NCBI RefSeq assembly: GCF_963506605.1
Contig: NC_083288.1
Span: 4,774,001-4,838,000, forward strand
Direction of reading: 5' to 3'
DNA: 64,000 nucleotides
From: Zootoca vivipara
Taxonomy: Eukaryota
Positions 50,325 to 62,729 of this stretch are shown one piece after another. Under the pieces are notes generated by a model. It worked only from the letters and a program-made list of their open reading frames with translations, made no database searches and was not told the DNA's origin. The stretch's first letter is position 1, and every line of letters begins with the position of its first letter. A program made the translations under genes and the position numbers.

Positions 50325-52294
50325 CGATGGAGAGTATGGAGGATGATTCTGAAAGCGGATCTGTATCTAGTGAGACGAATGGCTCACCCCTCCCTTTTCC
50401 ACGGGATGCTGAGCCTGTCCAAGATGTTCCAGCTCCTGTGCCAGTGACGATAATAGATGAAATTCCCGAAACGGACATTATAATCCACCCCACTAGAGAG
50501 GAAGGAGAACCTTTGTTTTCTGAGACAGGGGCTAATGAAGATATTTCAGCTGATCCCATTATCCTAGCGAAGCTTACTAATGAAAATAATAATGCTGGTT
50601 CTTTGAGCAAGGGATCTGTAGATGGTATATCCTCCAGTTTATCCAAGAGCTTATTACAACAACAGTCACCTAAAGAAGAGTTTGGACGCCCAACTGAGAA
50701 AGAGCAGGTATATATATCGGAGACACACACACCTCCCTGTGAAAAAACGAACACAAAGGATGTGTCCCTGGAAATCCTTACAAAAAATGGTACTGAGTCT
50801 GAAAAATCCAAAGTGATTTCTTCCAACTTTACTGTTATGAGTGAAAGAAATAGAGCAAAGGAGAAAGTAAAACAATTGAAAGAGGATAATAACAAGGAAG
50901 GACTTCCGAGCAAAATTAAATCTGAATTGGAATGCAGATATGCATCAACAAAAGACCCAGACGAGCAGCAAACATCTTTATGGTGTTACCGTGTTCGCAA
51001 TGGAATCACAAGCTATGAACCTAAAATAGGTCTGACCACCTTTAAAGTTGTACCTCCCAAACCCGAAGTAAAATATTTTGACAGAGATGCCTCCCTTTCT
51101 ACTGGTGCCATAAAAATAGATGAATTGGGCAACCTGGTGGCTCCAAATGCTGGTAGTATGAAAAAGGTCACAGTAAATATGACTTCAAGTGAAACAGAGG
51201 AAACTCTCATTGGGAGAGCCAAAGCATACTGGAGATCAAATTCTACGAAAACACCATTGGGGGAGTCCCCAGTAGGCTTCCCCACCAAGCCAGCAGCCAT
51301 CACCAATTTCAAACCCCTCAATAAAATAGGTGAAACAAAGCCTGACTCCCTTGCAAGTCTGAAGGCAGCAACGGCACCACTAGCTGGTTCCAGGACAGTT
51401 GACAATAATGTTGGGCCTTGCGGGGGGAAGCCACACATTTACGCCACGCAGTCTTCAGTTAAAATGCTAACGACTCCAGGGGTCAAGACAGATAAGATGG
51501 AGCTCCCATTTCAGAAGCCCCAAAGAAGAACATCAAGCCATTACGTAGCCTCTGCCATTGCAAAACGCATCGATCCACTCCAGTTTAAAACCAGTCAAGA
51601 AAGGCATGACAAAGTAGAAGAGATGAGGGGTGGGAAAGTGGTAAAAACTGAAACAGAATCACTTCCCAAAAGATGCATTATTTTGGCCAAAACCCGCCCA
51701 GTAGAAATGCAGCCAGCAGAAACAAAAAGATCTTACGTAGATATCTTCAGTTGCAGCCAAAATGCATCAAATACTCTACCACTTGGTGCTCATTCCAAGA
51801 TAAGAAGTAGCACACATTGCTACAGGGAGACATTTACCACAAGACCTTCTAAAGATGGTCTTGGAGAGAAGCCCAGCTGGGATTCAATAGAAAATGTAGT
51901 TGTTAGAGAGACACCTTCTATATTTAATCAAAGGAGGGAGCAAATAGATGAGGCTAACTGTCCCTTCCTCCTTAGATCATCCAACAGTTTCTCATCTTCC
52001 ATCACTTCCAGCTCTTCTGTGAAGTCAGCTGGGGGGCATCCTATCAACAGTAGACCATCAGAGTTAGATGGAACAGCTATTGTTAATCATGTAGTTTCAG
52101 AAAAAGATGAAAAACTTGACAGTGTGTGTGAAAGCAAAAGGGCAGAGTCTGATGTCGGAGGTGATAATAAAGTTTTTGGGCCAAAGAAGAAGTTTAAGCC
52201 AGTAATCCAGAAGCCACTTCCAAAAGATACATCTCTACACGGTGCTTTAATGGAAGCCATCCAGAAGGCAGGAGGAAGAGAAAATCTCCGAAAG
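50325..52294 (+). CDS. COBL: COBL large exon (1970 nt) with KIGLTTFKVVPPK, GAIKIDELGNL, RRTSSHYVASAIAKR and the first WH2 (TSLHGALMEAIQKAGGRENLRK)
   Basis: ORF 50303-52321; tttgcag acceptor at 50324; aag|gtaaaa donor; conserved COBL motifs. Confidence 0.97.
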
Positions 52295-52408
52295 GTAAAA
52301 AACAAAACAAAACTTAGCTAAAAGCATATTTGGATGTTATAGGAAATCTTACTGGATGCATGAAGTTTCTTGTAACATCAGGAACTGCTCTTAGACTTCT
52401 TAAAAGAA

Positions 52409-52446
52409 GAGTGGCTGGGGAAACCCAGCCAGATGGGCGGGGTAGA

Positions 52447-52493
<47 letters not shown>
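52409..52493 (+). mobile_element. L2-type 3' tail with (TTA)n
   Basis: agagtggctggggaaacccagccagatggg as at 28715. Confidence 0.7.
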
Positions 52494-52494
<1 letters not shown>

Positions 52495-52991
52495 ATAGTG
52501 AGCTCTGCCTTTCAACCTTAGCAGGCATCAGTCTGTTTCATAACAGCTGTTGTTTCTAATTTAAAAATATATAGTGGCAAGATACTACACTACGCTACAA
52601 TCACTTCTGCACTGTGTGTGTGTTTTTTTGTGCAACTTAATGTTTCACTTCTTTAAAGCAGCAGAAAGTGCAGAAGTGTCTACTGAAGCTAATTACAAAT
52701 GGCCTATAGTATAAGACTAATCCTGTACTCATTAAAAGTAATAATATATAACTGCAACGCATGGAAGAGATCTGGTTGAACATAATACAGATGACAAGAC
52801 TGGTTTTTCCATCTCTGATAAACAAGGCCCACTCCTACAAATCCCATTTAATTTTCAGTGTACTCAGGCTGGATAAAGGCCAAAGTCAGGTAAGCCAACT
52901 TTCCAACTGAGTGACATTCCGAATGCTCCAATTACCTTGTTTCCAAACTAGGTAGAAATAGATGGTTTATATCTGTTTTGTCACATGCTAG

Positions 52992-53111
52992 ATTTCACCC
53001 AGCATGGCTAATGGACCTCAGAAGAAGCCACTGTTCACAGAACAAGAGAATGAGCGTTCTGCCCTTCTGGCAGCCATTAGAGGTCACAGTGGAGCCTCAA
53101 AGTTGAGAAAG
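52992..53111 (+). CDS. COBL: COBL exon with second WH2 (ENERSALLAAIRGHSGASKLRK)
   Basis: gctag acceptor, gtaaga donor, 120 nt, phase 0-0. Confidence 0.96.
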
Positions 53112-54170
53112 GTAAGAACGGAGACCTTGCATCTTTCCAGTAGCTTCTTCAGCCTTTACGCTATGTCATCATCCCTGTCCTGGAAATGCTATAATAAAGG
53201 AAGCTCTGCTTGAATTAGCAAACCGAAAGTAGAAATATAAGCCAGAGTAAGACATGTCATGTACATTCCTAGCAGAATGTATCACTTCTGATTCACTGAC
53301 AGAATTGTACCTGTAGCAGCTGATAATAAACATTTATTTACTTAAAAATCACTCTAAACATTTTTGAGGTGGTGGGGCCTTAGCTCTGTGGTAGAATACA
53401 TGAACGACCTCTAGCTGAGACTGGATAGCTGCCCTCAGTCAGAGTGTGCAACACGAGGCTAGATGTGCAAATGGTCTAACCTGGTAAAAAGTAATCACTT
53501 TCGTTCCTTTGTTTTGTTCGTATGAGATGGTTGTCCTGTAGCTGCTGAGAGGAAGTCATCTACTGATGGCAGCTGAGAGTCATCCGAGACTTCAGCAGTT
53601 CCTGCACTCTGCCTTTGCAGTATAGGAAATAGAGTGGCCCGGATATGGCATCTAGCAATTATAAACTGAGGAAGAAGAACTCAATGCTTATGCTTCTGTC
53701 AACCATTGTGTGAATATTTAATTTTTAATTTGGTTGACTGCAGTTTGAGTACACACTGTAAAAAGCTAATTATTCTGGAAGAATCCCTCATTGATTTGCT
53801 TAGTCTTTTTTCCCTTTTAAAATAGGATTTAAATAATACCTTTTTGAGATTTAAAAAAAAATCAAGCAAAGTTTAAAGGCACAGAGTAATTATCACTGTT
53901 ACTAGTTTCTGATAAAGCTTCCGGGGAAGGCTAATAAATCATGTTAATTCCAAACTCCTTGTTGTCATTTTCAACCTAACTCAGTGGCCAACTGGCAACA
54001 TTTTTGCCTTGTGCCAAAATAAATTCCAGGATCCCACAGTTCAAACAAATAAATCAGGATTGAATTTCTGAGACTGCTTCAAGGTCAAATGCTTGATCTT
54101 AATCATCAGTTCCTTTAAATGATGTGAGAGGGGAACAGATGTTCCTGCGTTGCAGGGAGTTAGACTAGAT

Positions 54171-55102
54171 TAGGGTTACCAGACGTCCCCAGATTTGCAA
54201 ATCTGTCCCCGGGAAACGTGGCCTTAGCAGCCCAGAGCCAGCCTGGTAGCGCAGTTGGCTCTGGCTGGCTTCAGGAGCTGCTCGCTGCCGTGGCGCCCAC
54301 CATTTTTCCTTGCTAGAAGTCCCCATATAATGTGTTGCGCGCAAGACACATCATATGGGGATTTCTGGGAGGCAAACTGGTAGGTGCCATGTCAATGAGC
54401 AGCAAGCAGCTCCTGAAGCCAGCCAGAGCCAACTGTGCTACTAGGCTGGCTCCAGGCTGTTGACTGCTGCTGCTGCTGCCGCCACTGCTAAAGGGGGAAC
54501 GGGGACGTCCGGCAGTACAGATCTCCTTCCCCCTTCCCCCTTTGTTTTGACTGATCAGGTAAGGCTCGGTAGCTGTGGGCGGGCGGGCGTTGCCCAGTTT
54601 TTTAAAAAAACTGCACATTTATGTTTCACAGGGTGTGAAAGAAGGGCTTTGCAACTTTATTCAATATGGATGTGTGCTAGGGCCCAGGATCTTTTGCCTC
54701 ACCATCCCCACAAGTAAAGGGACCCCTTACCATTAGGTCCAGTCGTGACTGACTCTGGGGTTGCGGTGCTCATCTCGTGTTATTGGCCGTGGGAGCCGGC
54801 GTACAGCTTCCAGGTCATGTGGCCAGCGTGACAAAGCCGCTTCTGGCAAACCAGAGCAGCACATGGAAACACCGTTTACCTTCCCGCTGTAGCGGTACCT
54901 ATTTATCTACTTGCACTTTGACGTGATTTCGAACTGCTAGGTTGGCAGCAGCTGGGACTGAGCAACGGGAGCTCACCCCGTCACGGAGATTCGAACCACC
55001 GACCTTCTGATTGGCAAGCCCTAGGCTCTGTGGTTTGAAGCTGCTACTCAGCTTCAAAAAAAAAGCGTCCCTGGATTCATTGAAAAATATCTGGTAACCA
55101 TA
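54171..55102. mobile_element. Non-autonomous hAT element (TAGGGTTACCAG ends) inserted in a CR1 3' end
   Basis: TIR; TSD GACTAGAT on the left, GACTA[CCGGTA]GAT on the right. Confidence 0.85.
54714..55036 (-). mobile_element. Sauria SINE inside the hAT element
   Basis: Matches the other SINE copies. Confidence 0.92.
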
Positions 55103-55236
55103 GACTACCGGTAGATGACCCTTTAAGTCCCTTCTAACTCTACAATTCTGTGATTTAATAGGGAAATAAGAGCTGTTACAAGGTTTTCATTAATGGAACA
55201 AGGCAAAATTGTCCAGAAGGGAAGAGATTAAAATAT

Positions 55237-55720
55237 CGTTATGAGTTTGTGTGTGCCAGACCCTTCATGGATACAGCAAATGTTAAAACATAAGGCGGGA
55301 TAGCTTCCTGTCTTCAGGTGTTGGGCATTAAGAAAACAAAGGAAAGGTGATGGGCCATTAAGAGAACAAAAGAGAGGGAGCTCTGTGACAGACTGGCAAA
55401 TGAGTGGGATCCCTCCTCCAGCTCTAAGACAAAGCTGGAGTTTGAGTGCAGGGTTTGCTGTGAGGTGAAAAGTCACAGGCTGAAAAGGCAGAGAGAAAAC
55501 CATGGCTGATTTCTGATTGAATCCTGGGCTGCGGCTGTGGGAGAAGCAAGAACCTCTTGGGGTGTTGATGCTCTGAACCCCTCCATCGTAGATTCAGGTT
55601 GTATATATCTGTAAATAAACCATATATCTTAAAGACACCTCTGTCTCCGCTGTGCCTCATTCCCAAAAGGAAACATGGACCCTGTGCCTGGAATCCCTCC
55701 CATTGGGGAGATGTGTAACA
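55237..55720 (+). mobile_element. Probable solo LTR
   Basis: cGTTA…TAACA ends, 4-bp ATAT flanks, internal AATAAA. Confidence 0.55.
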
Positions 55721-55793
55721 ATATGCACCCAGTATCATTGTTCCGTTAAGCCTACTATGACCTCTCCCCCCCCTTCATTTTTATCCATGGTAG

Positions 55794-56051
55794 ATCTCTT
55801 CATCTGCCTCTGAAGAGCTTCAGAGTTTCCAAAAAGCAGAAGCAGCCTTGCAAAACAGAGAGGCCTCTACAACAGAGCAATGGGGGAATCAGCTGCCGCC
55901 GCCGCCACCTCCTCCTCCTCCTCCGCCACCTCAAGTGACAATGAAAACTCCTAGGTACATCGCAAGTCCAAGAGCAGACAGCCCAGGGGATGCAAGGCAG
56001 GCGCTAATGGAAGCAATCCGCTCGGGAACTGGGGTGGCGCGTTTGAGAAAG
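55794..56051 (+). CDS. COBL: COBL exon with polyproline tract and third WH2 (DARQALMEAIRSGTGVARLRK)
   Basis: ggtag acceptor, gtaatc donor, 258 nt; SSASEELQSF and WH2 motifs. Confidence 0.96.
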
Positions 56052-57368
56052 GTAATCATCTTTCTAAGGCGGAATATGAACAGGAGGAGGCATGGCTTGG
56101 GGCCTGTGGTTGAATGCAAGAAAGGGAAGCAGGTGTGCTTGTTTGGCACAAGTAGGAAAGGAGTAGAAAGAAATGATTCAAATTTATGTGAAACGAAGAT
56201 AGCCTAGGGTCAGACAGCAGGCTAAATGACCTCTTACGTGATTTCTGTGAGTGTTTCTTACGCAACTTAGTGTGGCTCCTCCGAAAATCTGGAGCATCCT
56301 GTGTTCAGTCTTACGGGACAATAAAATTAGGCTTTCCTACAGAGGGTATTCTCATATCGATCAGAAGCAACTCTTACAAATTGCATACCATAACTGGTAA
56401 AACTTTGGGCCTTCTGGTTGTGTTCTCCTTCTGTCGCAGGAAGACTCCCTTTTGTGGTGCAAATCTTAGGGCCAATTTAAACACTGGCACCTGCCGTGCA
56501 GCTGCGCACCAGCAGCTATTCCCAGTGATTTTTAGAATGATTTGGCCCCTTTGACTTTGCCTTTCAGCTTCCTTTTCCCCAATCTCCTCATTTTGGGGGA
56601 AGCTTCCTATTTCAGAGCTCAATTTGTTCATGTTGAATTTTCTTGGTAATTGGCCATTTACACGACATTGTTATTCCATAGAAGTATAGTCACTGCTCTC
56701 AGTTGGCTCACACCAGGTCCCAGGAACCACTCCAGATTACGGCCAGGGTCACCATCCCAGAAAGGGATCACGGGTGTGTTTGCAAATGCAGATGGAATTT
56801 TCCCACCACAAGCACGCAAAGACGTAAACTTATCTGCTTGCCCTCTAAAGGAAAACAAACCCACAATAATTATAAACTAAACGTTACAGCTTCCAAGTCA
56901 TTTTGTAAGACAGAACAAACCACAGAAAATCATTAGTCATTGGAGAAGAAATCTGTAGCTTTCAAAGTCTATTGTATTTCTGTAAACAACAACGCTGTAC
57001 AAACCATGACATCAAAGGTCACAGGAAGATAATGCTGCCGTTGGTGAGGTTGGTTTCTTATTCAGCCTGGGCCCCCTTTGTATGTTTTCCCTCATCTGTT
57101 AAGGTCAAATATGGTGTCCTGTATTGGAGACCACAGAATTCAATAAAAGGTGTGGAATGGACAACAACAGAGGGAAAACAGTATTTGCATTGATCAATGA
57201 AATAGTTTATATATTTCATACTTTATTATTATACATCACTTCACTATACAGTACTTCTGGGTGTATAAAGAGATAAATAAACATAATAAACTAAACTAAA
57301 ATTTACTTCTTGCTCTGTTCTTCTATAAATGTGCTCCTTGCCCATGGAGAGTTGGATTGTATATAGGA

Positions 57369-57484
57369 CGGTATTCAACTAAGTTTATTTCTGAGTAGAC
57401 CCATTGAAGTTAATGAACATGGCTAAGTTAGGTTCATTAATTTCAATAGGTCTATTCTGAGTAGAACTTGAATGAATACCACCC
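57369..57484. repeat. Palindromic interspersed repeat (MITE-like)
   Basis: ggtattcaact…gacccattgaa…ttcaataggtc…tgaatacc inverted arms; related copy near 23920-24025. Confidence 0.6.
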
Positions 57485-57815
57485 TTATTTATTTACTGCA
57501 ATATTTTAATCCCTTCATGTTTAGTTGCCAGATGGTGAAAGAGTCCGTACTGAACAATAGAAATTATTAAGTACATTTGTTGCACTTCTGTTCAATATTT
57601 TAGCAAGGGAAAATGCGATGAAATGTGACAGATAACAATTTGTGTGTAAAATTAAAGTTGCTTCAAATTGAGGTGTATGCAATTTTTAATAAATATAATG
57701 AGGGTGTAGTAGAAACACATAGTCTGACAACGAGACATAGAAAGATAGGTTAACATAATAATGTCATTTTTGAGTCTGAAAATATAAATTACAATATATA
57801 TTTATTTTATTTCAG

Positions 57816-57833
57816 GTCCCTCTGCTTGTTTGA
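57816..57833 (+). CDS. COBL: COBL last coding exon, VPLLV-stop
   Basis: ttttatttcag acceptor; GTC CCT CTG CTT GTT TGA gives the canonical COBL C-terminus RLRKVPLLV. Confidence 0.95.
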   Translation, partial: VPLLV

Positions 57834-58424
57834 ACACTAAATGCTCCAGTCACTCGTTTCTTATGCAATTTTTCATGCATTTCTTACTGGTTTGAATGGA
57901 CACCCATGGCAAAAGGATTCCAAGAAGTTTACAGGCCAAAAATAAGCTGCATTTTCTGTGTTTCTCTCTATTTTTTTATTTGGTTCACAGGTTGCTACAC
58001 AGCTTCTGTGCCAAGGATTTGTGGGTCCCTTGCCCCCAAATAGTCAAACCGTGCCAATAAAACTATTCTCAATGGCAGGTTAATTAGCTGACGAACACTT
58101 TTTGCTGTGTGTACTCAGCACCAACATATTTTTGCTTGTTCAGTTAAAAATACGTAGCTATTCTGGACCATTTAGTTAATTTCTTTTTAAAAACAAAAGC
58201 AGTTTAAAACCTCAGAGTATACAGACTATAGATCTGTTAAAATGGGATGGAGGGGTTATGACAGAAACTCAGTGGTTCAAATTACCACATGCTGAAGTCA
58301 CTGCTTTTTACAATCAAGCAGGATTGATTATCCACAACGTTTTGACCAAGCTACCGGTACTGTAGTTATCACTAGAGATTCAGAGATCACTTGGGATCCA
58401 TTTGACAGGCAGTTTTAGGGGATA

Positions 58425-58783
58425 CCGGGGACGCAGGTGGCGCTGTGGGTTAAACCACAGAGCCTAGGGCTTGCTTATCAGAAGGTCAGCGGTTCGAATC
58501 CCTGCGACGGGGTGAGCTCCCGTTGCTCAGTCCCAGCTCCTGCCAACCTAGCAGTTCGAAAGCACATCAAAGTGCAAGTAGATAAATAGGGCAAGTAGAT
58601 AAATAGGGATCGCTACAGCGGGAAGGTAAACGGTGTTTCCGTGTGCTGCTCTGGTTCGCCAGAAGCGGCTTTGTCATGCTGGCCACATGACCTGGAACCC
58701 TCGGCCAATAATGCGAGATGAGAGCGCAACCCCCAAGTCGGTCACGACTGGACCTAATGGTCAGGGGTCCCTTTACCTTTACC
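58425..58783 (+). mobile_element. Sauria SINE within the COBL 3' UTR
   Basis: 11-bp TSD TTTAGGGGATA; internal duplication of GCAAGTAGATAAATAGG. Confidence 0.93.
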
Positions 58784-59658
58784 TTTAGGGGATATAAAGT
58801 CCATAATACTAACATCTGCAGATATGCTGAGCCCCAAGGGCAGAGGGCTTGTGGGGGCGCCTTAGTAGGGGGAACTTTCCACAGAGCTGTGCCTGGCACG
58901 TTCCCTGGCAAATGTTGAAGGCAACAGCTCTCTATCCTGGCATTTGACACTTGATGTGTATATTTTTAAAACCCACCTTTGTAGTTGTTTTGAACTGTTA
59001 TTAGTATTGTATTTTGTTGTGTATCCCACCCATCCCATTATTACCCACCCTTCACCCTAAGGGAGCCGTACAAGATTATCATTACCTTATTCTTCTTCTT
59101 ATCTTGCACAGCTCCCATTTGTTTTAGTGAGACTTGAAGAGGTAACTTTCCAGTAGATGTGTCCCACGTCAAAGTGCAATTAAAAGTGCTATTAATACTG
59201 CTTCCTGGGAACTACTGGCTGTAATTTGTTTCCAGAACTGCTGCTAGTGGGTCAGGATTCCAGCCCCCTTCAATGGGCTTATGCTCATCTCACATATCAA
59301 ACCTGATTTCTCATCAGTTAAGCCCCAAACATTTTTAAATGGCATGTTTTTAAAACAAATTAAGCTACTTTCATAGATGATGTACATATTTTGAAAATAT
59401 TTTCTTATAAGAAAATTAGCATTAAGAATTATTATTGTCTGGGTTTTACACATTTATTGTATGTTGTAAAAGAGTTTTTAAAATGCACCTTAATACATGT
59501 TTTTGGTTTAATAATAATTACAGCACTGGATGTAGTCCAAAATGATTTTTAAAGGCACTGTGTAATGTTGCTAACCTTTCAAAGTGTACTGTTAGCCGTC
59601 TGCAAGCCTGTGGCTACATATTATATCATGTAAAATACTAATTGAATTTAGTGCCACA

Positions 59659-59664
59659 AATAAA
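59659..59664 (+). terminator. Probable distal polyadenylation signal of COBL
   Basis: AATAAA followed about 15-40 nt later by T/GT-rich sequence. Confidence 0.55.
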
Positions 59665-59963
59665 AGAAACATAAGTTTTATTTGTCATGCTTATCTGAGT
59701 TTTGTACAAATGAGGCTGGCAAGATATAATACTTCCTTTTTTTAGAGAATTAAAGGTGCTATGAAAGAAGCAGTGTTGATTGTGGTGTGCCAGTTCCTCT
59801 CACTGCCACACCAGGTAAAAAGGTTTCACCGTTTTCTCCAAGAACCTTTTTGATCAGCGGTGCAAGCAGAATAAAATAAGTGTGACAAAATACTTGCTTG
59901 TGATGCCACCTTTATATCTCTTTGAAACTATACTCTTATCTCCAATCTGGGTTGGAGCAATCC

Positions 59964-60142
59964 TAGAATCATAGAGTTGGAAGGGATCCTGAGGGTCGTC
60001 TAGTTGGAAGGTTGTGGACTCTCCTTCCTTGGAGGTTTTTCAGCAGAGGTTGGATGGCCATCTGTCATGGGTGCTTTAACTGAAATGCCTGCATTGCAGG
60101 GGGTTGGACTAGATGACCCTTGGGATCCCTTCTATGATTCTA
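59964..60142. mobile_element. CR1 3' end fragments in inverted arrangement
   Basis: agaatcatagagttggaagg and ttggactagatgaccc…ttctatgattcta. Confidence 0.75.
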
Positions 60143-61885
60143 TAATTAATTGTGAGGTTATATTGACTACCAAGTTGGCGTTAGCAAAGCTTCCGGAACA
60201 GTTCAGCTTTGGCTCAGCATGATGATGCAAGCACTTGACTGTTCCTCCTGGTTTACAATAAACATCCTCAATTAGAGGATCATGTTTTGAGAGCAATTGA
60301 GTGACTGATTAAAAAATGTCCATGTTCTCTCCCTCAACTGAAACAGTTTCTGCATGGCCTCTAAATGCTCTGTCCTGCGTGGCAAAGGTCAGGGTCACAC
60401 TGGCAATACATTTAAGGACCTGTCTCCAATAGTTTTCCTCTTTTCATGCTGAAGCATCCAACATATCAACAGTTCCGTGTGCAGACCATATTTCTTAAAT
60501 TTTACGTGTTTTTATGTTTGCCTTTGATTCTTGAGTGCTTTTTCCCGGTAATTAAAGATCCACATCCTTTCCCGAAACTTAAAGGTTTACAGTAAATTTT
60601 GTTGAAAGTGGGAGTGTAGCACAGCAAATAACAATTTTGGCTGCACATTTTGTTGTCATTTCATAGTAGCTTTCAGAAAGCCTCTAGCTAGTTGTCTGTT
60701 GCCTAAAATGGGCCATTTCCACAACAGTTTTTGGTATATTGCCAGTGTTTCTTGAAAATGAAAATTTGCTTAATCAGTGTCAGTTGCAGCTGCATTTTGC
60801 CATTTTGAAAACCCCTGGTGACTTTTTGCAATTTAGTCATGTGCCTCTCAGTCTACGAGTTATTTTTACACTTCATGACGCCACTAGAATGAAAGTTACT
60901 TACTTCACATAATGAAAAGCAATAAAAAAATATAAAATACTAGCAATAATGTAATATGAGATAAGGCAAATGTAAGTGTGCAGCTTGCATATTACATCAT
61001 TGCTAGTATTTTATTTTTACTGCTTAAATTTATCATTACATCATATTTCATCTTACTGCGCATACCTTATGTCAAGAAGTACGTCCAAAATGCATGCGAG
61101 AGACAGCACACACAGAGCAAAGCAAATCTTATCTCCACTCGCTCTGCTCTGTGGACAGCAGCATTTATAAATGTACACAGCAACCCAGCATTTCCAGAAA
61201 CATCTACACAGATCCACTTTGGAAAGCTTTGGTGCTCATTAAAAAAAAAAAGTGATAAAGAAAAAAATGCAGCAGACCGGCTGTAGAAGAGCCTTTACGT
61301 TGGAACTCTAATCTTAAACAGTAGATGGAGAAAGAGAGACTACTGGGGATTTCCATGGCCAAGGCAGCAGAAAGTCAATATGACATAACACATGTGCAGT
61401 GACATCACTAGGTCAGTGCATGTCTTAGCCTCTGGGAAATTCCCTTTATGGAACTTCCAGAGGAGGAAATGGCAGACTGACTGGCTTTCTGTTGGCTCAA
61501 TTTTTCGTTATTGTTTCCTTTTCCTTCCTCTTTTTATCCCCTCCCCTCCCCTTTCTTCTTCTTGCTTCTTTCTCTTTTCTCCCCAACCCCTTCATTTCTT
61601 CCTTGGTGTCCTCTGCTTGGGGCCTGTTTTCAGAGATTGTACACTTAAGGGGGTAAGTAAATGGTTGGTGGAGAGACCTGGAAATGGTGGTGGTTGATGG
61701 TGAGAGGCTGAGAGGAGAAAGGAAAGATCCCAGGTGAGAGCTACCTTCTGCAAGTGGTAAGGGTTAAGAACTACCTTTGAGAGAGGGCACAGTATTCAAT
61801 TTGTATTTACATTCATTTACTCTACATTACATTTTCTACATCTTACTGTATTATGGAAAACCTTTAATAAAAATATTAACAAGTA

Positions 61886-62064
61886 CAGAGCCGTCTCAAG
61901 CAGGTCGGGCGCCCTGGCGCTGAGGCGTGGAGATCATGGCTTGGAGATCATGAGGCGTGGAGATCAAGCATGGCTTCCGCGCGGCTTCATCGCGCAGTGC
62001 CCCCCCTGCCGGCCCAGCGCCCTGGCGCCCCGCGCCACCAGGACTACACCTAGAGCTGGGCCTG
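61886..62064. mobile_element. Short hAT MITE (CAGGGCCG family), 179 bp
   Basis: 8-bp TSD AACAAGTA; reverse of 38792-38938. Confidence 0.9.
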
Positions 62065-62198
62065 AACAAGTAAAGGACATTCCCCTTATGGGTTTCCCTG
62101 ATTGGAATATTTAGACCTGTCATGTTTTTGTTGGAGAATATAACGAAGATGAGCATATAACAATCATTTATGATTCCTTAAGAATATTTCTGGGTTTT

Positions 62199-62729
62199 TG
62201 TCAGGGGACCACCAGGGGTCAGCGGAGAGTCCAGGAAGTTGGGACCAGGGATCTCCGAGGGAGGAGAAGCAGCTCGGGATGTTAGCATCCCACAACATTC
62301 CTCGGAAGGTGGTGCTGAGGCTCAGGAAGCCTTGGGGATGCTGAGAGGACAATGTCCCCAGAGGGATGGTTTGAAGGGTCGGACCAGAGCGCTCAGGAGG
62401 GGGAGGCTCCAGAGGAGACAGCACCAGCCGGAGACAGCACCGGCCACTCAGCTGAGCAGTTCAGGAGGAGAGGGGGCTCCACCAGCCCTATCCCCCCAAC
62501 AGCAGAGTGGGGGGAAGCGACTAGAGGAGAGGAGGAGGTTCAAGTAGCCAAGGGTGTTTTGCTGGCGAAAGTCCCAACGGGCGGTGCTTCCGGATTCTGA
62601 CTCGGACTAGGACAGTCATGGATTTTGATGCTCTGTTTTGTACATATGTATGTAATAAAACACTCTAAAAAAAACCAAACACAGAGTTTGGAGCGCCTTA
62701 CTTGTGAGGAAGCAACCAGCATCATTACA
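62199..62729 (+). mobile_element. Solo LTR, 531 bp
   Basis: TG…CA ends, 5-bp TSD GTTTT, AATAAA near the 3' end. Confidence 0.75.

Larger units (their letters stand above)
57834..59685 (+). other. COBL: COBL 3' UTR (end approximate)
   Basis: Follows the stop codon; AATAAA at 58056-58061 and 59659-59664, the latter after an AU-rich stretch and before T/GT-rich sequence. Confidence 0.6.

Noticed and set aside
50155-51438. Antisense ORFs of 252 and 141 aa
   Set aside because: Shadows of the COBL exon with no recognisable motifs
50303-52321. 672-aa ORF as a stand-alone gene
   Set aside because: It is an internal COBL exon bounded by splice sites at 50324 and 52295
6694-57833. COBLL1 as the gene identity
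   Set aside because: Three WH2 domains and the VPLLV terminus indicate COBL; COBLL1 has a single WH2
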